In this document: piece by piece, positions 57,751 to 64,000 of the stretch
Position numbering within the stretch: position 1 is the stretch's first letter
How the letters are laid out: each line of letters opens with the position of its first letter
Assembly (NCBI GenBank): GCA_037444405.1
Contig: JBBIML010000011.1
Span: 32,001 to 96,000 of the forward strand
Direction of reading: 5' to 3'
From: Armatimonadota bacterium
Lineage (GTDB): Bacteria > Armatimonadota > Fimbriimonadia > Fimbriimonadales > GBS-DC
Length of the DNA: 64,000 nt
Position numbers and translations under genes: made by a program
The notes under the pieces: model-generated
The model's input: the letters and a program-made list of their open reading frames with translations, nothing else
Database searches by the model: none
Told to the model about the DNA's origin: nothing

Positions 57751-59319
57751 CTAACAACCCTCACCGAAGTGAAACAGCACAATCAGCAAATCGCCATCGT
57801 CGACATCGCCGTCAAGGTTCAGGTCTTCCGCCAGCCCTGTGCCGCTCTGACCGAAGGCAAACAACACGCGCAGGAGATCGCTGTCGTCCACACAGCCGTT
57901 GCCGTCCACATCGCCTGGCTGACGATGATAGAAAACGATATTGCCACGGTTGTCCCAGTCGGTAACGCCCATTTCCAGTCGGGTGGAGTATTCATACTCA
58001 ACGATCAGGCTCTGTGAAGGGCTGTTGCGCAGCGAGATCCAGCCGTTGGTGAGATTATAGCAGTAGTCAGCGGGCGACAGGCTCTGTCCATCCGCCACCA
58101 CCTGAAGGATGCGCTCGATTGGCTGATGCCCCAGATAGTGCAGTTTTTGCCCCTGTGAGGAGGTGTAGGTCGCTCGCACGATGCCGTCGCGGTTCAAATC
58201 CCCAAAGCAGATGGCTTCCACCACGGGCTGCACGGCAGAGTTCCAGATGGGCGTGGACGAAAGCCCTGTTCCTGTGTTGAGGAAAAGGCGAATATTGCCC
58301 CACCACTTGCCCGCCGCCAGGTCAAGGCGTCCGTCGCCATTAACATCCGCCAGCGCGACACCCGAAACATAGCCGTCGTAATAGCGCCAGCCAGGGGTCG
58401 ATTCAAAAACGCCCGTGCCCAGATTGCGATAAAGCTTGTGGTATCCCGACCCGCCACTCAACTGGTTATTATCGCTCATAATCAAATCGAGATAGCCGTC
58501 GCCCGTCACATCACCCAGCGCCAGCGTGTTCGCAAACTGGCGGTTGTTGTCAGTGCTAACCCAGTCAGGCATGGTGCTGATGACGCCGTTCTGATTGCGA
58601 AAAATCAGATTGCCCTCCCGCGTGATGGCAACCAGGTCCAGATCACCGTCGCGATCGACATCGCCAAACTCCATGTGGGCAACATCGCGCACGGTGGTCA
58701 CCTCCCAGCTGGGTGTTGTCTCCAGCATGCCGTTCCGATTAAAGAAGATGAAATGGCGCGTCTGTCCACTGCCATACGGCCAGAACCCTCCAATAGCCAG
58801 GTCCAGATCACCATCCGCATCCGGGTCACCCAGCGCAGGATGCCAGCCATAAAAAGAGACCGCCGAGACCCAGCTCGGCGTCGGTGAGAGAGTGCCGCCT
58901 TGATTGAGATAGAGCTTGACACCCGGACCACCCTGCGGTAGCAGCACTGCCACCACCACATCGAGCCAGCCATCGCCATTAATATCGCCCACCGTCAGGT
59001 GACCATGGTAGCCGGTATCGCTCGACTCCCAGCTGGGAGTGGTCTCAAGCACGCCGTTAATGTTGTAGTAGACGGCAACCCGCTCGCGGCGCATGTCGTT
59101 GCCGTTCGAGACCACAAAATCGAGCCAGCCATCGCCGTTGATGTCGGCAAAGAGTCCACCCGTTGCATAGTGTCGGTCAGCCGAGCGCCAGTCAGGAGAG
59201 GTGTTATACGGGAGCTGTGCCCAGCCACACATTCCCGACCCAATTGTAAGCCCGACGCCCACTATCCAGCAGGCACTCGCGCGCCACCATGTACCGACCA
59301 TCCAAGCCCTCATTTCCAA
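57751..59319 (-). CDS. secreted FG-GAP/VCBS repeat protein with dockerin-like C-terminus
   Basis: Repeated D-x-N-G-D-G-x-L-D; tail GDVDGNGCVDDSDLL...FHFGEGC. Confidence 0.85.
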   Translation of the reverse strand: MEMRAWMVGTWWRASACWIVGVGLTIGSGMCGWAQLPYNTSPDWRSADRHYATGGLFADINGDGWLDFVVSNGNDMRRERVAVYYNINGVLETTPSWESSDTGYHGHLTVGDINGDGWLDVVVAVLLPQGGPGVKLYLNQGGTLSPTPSWVSAVSFYGWHPALGDPDADGDLDLAIGGFWPYGSGQTRHFIFFNRNGMLETTPSWEVTTVRDVAHMEFGDVDRDGDLDLVAITREGNLIFRNQNGVISTMPDWVSTDNNRQFANTLALGDVTGDGYLDLIMSDNNQLSGGSGYHKLYRNLGTGVFESTPGWRYYDGYVSGVALADVNGDGRLDLAAGKWWGNIRLFLNTGTGLSSTPIWNSAVQPVVEAICFGDLNRDGIVRATYTSSQGQKLHYLGHQPIERILQVVADGQSLSPADYCYNLTNGWISLRNSPSQSLIVEYEYSTRLEMGVTDWDNRGNIVFYHRQPGDVDGNGCVDDSDLLRVLFAFGQSGTGLAEDLNLDGDVDDGDLLIVLFHFGEGC

Positions 59320-59403
59320 TCACCCACTTAGTAGTATACTACACGGGCGCTGCTGCTTCTCCACGCTTTCAGGCAGGAATTGAAAAAGAGTAGACTCTTC
59401 CCG

Positions 59404-61371
59404 ATGGCGCGTGTGCCGCTGGGGAAAGGGTTGCAGGTGCTGACGGTGCCGTTGTTAGAGGCGGGCAGGGAGCCGCCACGCCTGCGCCCACGCGCCCTGC
59501 TGATCGGACTGCTGTTGATGACCCTCAACATCTTCTGGATCACCGCAATTGAGGTGCGGTGGTACACCCTTGATGTCACCAGCCTGCCTATCTTCATCAC
59601 GCCCGTGTTCACGCTGTTCATTGTGGCGATGCTGAATCTGGCTCTGACGCGCTGGCGACCCGCGTGGCGACTGTCGGCGGCAGAGCTGCTGATTATCTAC
59701 ATTATCATCGTGACGGGCGCGGTGTTCGCAGGGCACGATATGCTACAGAACCTGTTCGGCGCCATCGGGCACGCGCAGCGCTATGGCACGCCCGAATCGG
59801 GCTGGCGCGAGCGATTCTTTGCCTTCATCCCGCGCGAGCTGTTCGTGTGGGACGAGCGCGTCCTGCGCCCCTATTATGATGGCGGTATGTTGCCCTATCG
59901 GCTGGACTGGCTGACGGTGTGGGTGAAGCCGTTGCTGTTATGGGCGGGGCTGATGCTGACGCTCGTGCTGATGTGCCTCTGCCTGAACTTTCTGGTGCTT
60001 AAGCAATGGACGCAGCATGAGCGGCTCACTTTTCCGCTGATTCAGTTGCCGCTGGCGATGGTGGAGCCGTCGGGCGCGTTCTGGCAGTCGCGCGCGATGT
60101 GGATGGGGTTCGGCACGGCGATGAGCATCAGCGGGCTGAACGGGCTGCATGTGCTGTTCCCTGCGCTGCCCCATATCGAATGGATTAAACTGTATGATAT
60201 AGGTCCCTACTTCACGACACGCCCGTGGAGCGCGGTCGGTTCGTTTCGCATATCGGCGTATCCGTTCGCGATCGGGCTGGCGTATCTGATGCCGCCCGAT
60301 CTGGCGTTTTCGGCGTGGTTCTTCTTTGTGGCACGCAAGCTGTTTCAGGTGTTTGGTGCGGTGATGGGCTGGGACGCGGCGGAGAATCGGGGCTTCCCGT
60401 TTCTGAACGAGCAGGCGGCGGGCGCGTGGCTGATGCTGGGCATCTTGCTGCTGTGGGGTGCGCGCTCCACCTTCCGCGAGGCGTGGCAGCTGGCGTGGGG
60501 CGCTTCTCATCCGGAACGCCTCCTCTACCGCCTCAGCTGGCTGGGGCTGGCGCTCGGCGTCAGCATCCTCATTCTCTATAACATGCTGCTGTTGCGCATG
60601 GATGGCTGGGTCGCCATGCTCTTTTTTGGCATCTATTTCCTGCTGGCGCTCACGATTACGCGCGTGCGGGCGGAGCTGGGCGCACCCCACGAAATCTACT
60701 TTGTGAACCCGCAGCGGATTTTGTTCGATGTGTTCACCCTGCGCGGGCTGGGCGTGGAGAACCTGACCGTGTTGCAGTCGCTCTACTGGTTCAATCGCGG
60801 CTATCGGTGCCATCCGATGCCGAACCAGCTGGAGGCGTTGCGCATGGGGCAGAGTTATGGGATTGCGCCGCTGCGAATGGGGCTGCTGATTCTAACTGTG
60901 TCGGTGCTGGCGTTCGCGATAGTGTGCTGGGCGAACCTACATGTGACCTATCTGTATGGCGCGGAGGCGAAATGTCGCGGCTTCAAAAACTGGGTGGGCA
61001 ACGAGTCGTTCGGGCGGTTGAACACATGGCTGGTGGAGGAGCCGTTCCGCAATCCGAACCGCTGGTACTATCTGGCAGGTGGTGCGCTGATGGTGCTGGG
61101 GCTGCGGGCGTTGCGCAACGCCTTCGCGGGCTTCCCGTTCCACCCGACAGGCTACGCACTCGGCGTGAGCTACGCGGTGGACTACTTCTGGTTCGCCTTC
61201 TTTCTGGGCTGGTGCTTCAAGGTGCTGCTGATGCGTTTGGGCGGGTTGCAGGCGCATCGGTTCGGGCTGCCCTTCGCGCTGGGGCTGATCCTGGGCGACT
61301 TCACGATGGGGTCGCTTTGGTCGCTCGTTACACTTCTCTTTCAGGTTCCCACCTATCGAATCTATATCTGA
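59404..61371 (+). CDS. polytopic membrane protein, DUF6785/DUF6784-like (putative transporter)
   Basis: Many TM helices; QW..HERLTFPL..LP and FPFHPTGY motifs; start uncertain. Confidence 0.7.
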   Translation: MARVPLGKGLQVLTVPLLEAGREPPRLRPRALLIGLLLMTLNIFWITAIEVRWYTLDVTSLPIFITPVFTLFIVAMLNLALTRWRPAWRLSAAELLIIYIIIVTGAVFAGHDMLQNLFGAIGHAQRYGTPESGWRERFFAFIPRELFVWDERVLRPYYDGGMLPYRLDWLTVWVKPLLLWAGLMLTLVLMCLCLNFLVLKQWTQHERLTFPLIQLPLAMVEPSGAFWQSRAMWMGFGTAMSISGLNGLHVLFPALPHIEWIKLYDIGPYFTTRPWSAVGSFRISAYPFAIGLAYLMPPDLAFSAWFFFVARKLFQVFGAVMGWDAAENRGFPFLNEQAAGAWLMLGILLLWGARSTFREAWQLAWGASHPERLLYRLSWLGLALGVSILILYNMLLLRMDGWVAMLFFGIYFLLALTITRVRAELGAPHEIYFVNPQRILFDVFTLRGLGVENLTVLQSLYWFNRGYRCHPMPNQLEALRMGQSYGIAPLRMGLLILTVSVLAFAIVCWANLHVTYLYGAEAKCRGFKNWVGNESFGRLNTWLVEEPFRNPNRWYYLAGGALMVLGLRALRNAFAGFPFHPTGYALGVSYAVDYFWFAFFLGWCFKVLLMRLGGLQAHRFGLPFALGLILGDFTMGSLWSLVTLLFQVPTYRIYI

Positions 61372-61418
61372 ATGGGGACGAATCGCACCGATTCTCTGCC
61401 AAAAAGTGCGTGCAACAC

Positions 61419-61448
61419 TTGACATGGGTGTCATGCGCATGGTACAAT
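61419..61448 (+). promoter_or_regulatory. sigma-70 promoter of small orphan gene
   Basis: TTGACA-N18-TACAAT with extended TG; SD GGAGGTG. Confidence 0.75.
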
Positions 61449-61480
61449 CTTGCTGTCCATTCTGCGGAGGTGAACGATCG

Positions 61481-61717
61481 ATGGCAGATGAGCGAACCGC
61501 TTATATCGAGGGTATCCTTAAGGCATTCAAGGCAGGTGAGATCGATATGGCAGATGCAGTGAAGGCATTACGGAAACGCAAGCCGAATCAGGCGAAGGTG
61601 GAGGGCGCGAAGGAGTTCGCGAAACTGGTGATGGAGGGCAAGATCGAAGAGGCGTTCACTCGCTTCCGCTTCGGTCTGAAGGATGTCCGCAAGCGCCGCA
61701 AGGCGAAGGCATCCTGA
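61481..61717 (+). CDS. 78-aa basic helical hypothetical protein
   Basis: Consensus promoter, SD and ATG; Lys/Arg-rich tail; GC-rich hairpin downstream. Confidence 0.75.
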   Translation: MADERTAYIEGILKAFKAGEIDMADAVKALRKRKPNQAKVEGAKEFAKLVMEGKIEEAFTRFRFGLKDVRKRRKAKAS

Positions 61718-61869
61718 AACCGCCTTCTCGCCATGTTCACAGGCGTGGCGGGGCTTACTCCGCCGATCGCCTGAAGAGCCAGCAGGGGCGCGGTGACCGC
61801 GTCCCTGCGCCATCCGAAACTCCCTTCACCTGTGAGAGGGAGCGCGAGGCAACCCGCGCTCCCTCCGAT

Positions 61870-62673
<804 letters not shown>

Positions 62674-62834
62674 CGACTCTCTACCTCCTGCTGATTCAGA
62701 ATACACCTGTGGGCGGCGCGATTCCTGCCTAATGGAACCCTTTTTGCAGGAAGCGCGCCGAGCGTGGCGAATCGGGAAGCGCGACGCAGGAGGTGCTATG
62801 CACACTGGGACAGCCCATTGCAGGGAGGAACGCC

Positions 62835-63794
62835 GTGGTTAGCCTGACCCAGCTGGCGGAGGCGACCGCGCGCGTGCAGGAGCAGATTGGACGGGTGATC
62901 CTGGGTCAGCAGGAGGTGATCCAGCAAGCGCTGTGTGCCCTGCTGGCAGATGGGCATCTGCTGCTGGAGGGCGTGCCGGGCATCGCCAAAACGCTGCTGG
63001 TGCGCGTGCTGGCGCAAACGCTCGGGCTCGAATTCCGCCGCGTGCAGTTCACGCCTGACCTGATGCCGTCCGATCTTATTGGCACGACCATCTTCGATGC
63101 GCGCACGGGCGAGTTTCGCGTGCGCTACGGTCCCATCTTCGCCAATATCGTGCTGGCGGACGAGGTGAACCGCACGCCGCCCAAGACGCAGGCGGCGCTG
63201 CTGGAGGCGATGGAGGAGCGGCGCGTGACCATCGACGGCGTGCCCCACCCGCTGCCACGCCCCTTCATGGTGTTCGCCACGCAGAACCCCATCGAGTATG
63301 AGGGCACCTATCCCCTGCCCGAAGCGCAGCTCGACCGATTCCTGCTGAAGGTGGTGATGAGCTATCCTGCGGAAGAGGAGGAGCGCGCGATTTTGCAACT
63401 GCACGATGAGGGCTTCCGCGCCCATCGCCTCGAAGAGGTGGGACTGGAGACGGTGCTGACCGCCGACGAGCTGGAACACTGCCGCGAAATCGTGCGGGAG
63501 GTGCAGGTCGCGCCCGAAGTGATGGAGTATATCCTGCAGATTGTGCGCCGCACGCGCCAGAGCGACTATCTCCTGGTGGGTGCCAGCCCACGCGCGGGTA
63601 TCGCGCTGTTACTGGTCAGCAAGGCGCTCGCCGCCATGCGCGGACGCGCCTTCGTCACACCCGACGATGTGAAACAGATGGCGCTGCCCACCCTGCGCCA
63701 CCGCCTGATTCTCAAACCCGAAGCTGAAGTGGAAGGGCTGACCGCCGACCGAATCCTGCGAACGCTGTTAGACCAGATCCCGGTGCCCCGATAA
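62835..63794 (+). CDS. MoxR-family AAA+ ATPase
   Basis: [53 protein letters not shown]. Confidence 0.95.
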   Translation: MVSLTQLAEATARVQEQIGRVILGQQEVIQQALCALLADGHLLLEGVPGIAKTLLVRVLAQTLGLEFRRVQFTPDLMPSDLIGTTIFDARTGEFRVRYGPIFANIVLADEVNRTPPKTQAALLEAMEERRVTIDGVPHPLPRPFMVFATQNPIEYEGTYPLPEAQLDRFLLKVVMSYPAEEEERAILQLHDEGFRAHRLEEVGLETVLTADELEHCREIVREVQVAPEVMEYILQIVRRTRQSDYLLVGASPRAGIALLLVSKALAAMRGRAFVTPDDVKQMALPTLRHRLILKPEAEVEGLTADRILRTLLDQIPVPR

Positions 63795-64000
63795 TGGCGA
63801 CCGCTCTCTTAGAGAAGCCGGAACTGCGCACGGAACCCATGCCCGAAACGGAAGAGCCGGGCGTGGCGCGGATCCCCGTGCTGCTGGTGGTGCGCCCCAG
63901 CAGCAGCGGCATGCTGCGCCATGTGCAGGGGCTGATCAAATACCTGCCCGAACACCACTTCGCGCCCACGCTCACCGGTCCCGACTTCATTCGCGACCGG
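63794..64000 (+). CDS. 5' end (partial) of probable family 4 glycosyltransferase
   Basis: Own translation MATALLEK...RIPVLLVVRPSSSGMLRHVQGLIKYL; TAATG coupling with MoxR. Confidence 0.5.
   Translation, partial: MATALLEKPELRTEPMPETEEPGVARIPVLLVVRPSSSGMLRHVQGLIKYLPEHHFAPTLTGPDFIRDR

Overview
GC-rich bacterial chromosomal window, most consistent with a thermophilic Armatimonadota (Fimbriimonadia-like) genome. That placement is inferred from dockerin-like GDVNGDGCVDDADLL tails, a DUF1559-type prepilin-like protein and a DUF6785/6784-like membrane protein. Main contents in order: a type IV pilus/T2SS-like operon (ExeA ATPase, HTH, pilMNOPQ, pilB, HDOD); a SprA-like outer-membrane protein; groES-groEL; a clade II nitrous-oxide reductase cluster whose accessory genes nosB-nosD-nosF-nosY form ONE 1273-aa ORF; rdgB, arsC and acs; a four-gene ubiquitination-like operon; D-aminoacylase; cdaR-cdaA; RNase P RNA; a MerR-thioredoxin fusion with a ZntR-type promoter; a receiver/TonB receptor/binding protein/histidine kinase operon; mqnD; a decayed Rhs/metallopeptidase island; thiL, hflX, mscS, pgk and rbsK; vapBC; an S9 peptidase; and MoxR. 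Best candidate for an undescribed system is 27837-30421. There a 66-aa Pro/Thr-rich peptide ending ...WEDGIG, apparently not a beta-grasp fold and missed by the ORF track, sits in the ubiquitin-like-protein position. It is followed by a Cys-bearing prokaryotic E2, a JAB-E1 fusion with no crossover-loop Cys, and a coupled tandem zinc-finger protein. Other signals: two REP-type palindrome families, BoxC-like palindromes translated inside genes, many leaderless or bidirectional -10 promoters, and a TTGAC-N6-GTCAT motif shared by the nosZ promoter and a small orphan gene. All family calls come from reading motifs by eye; no database searches were run.
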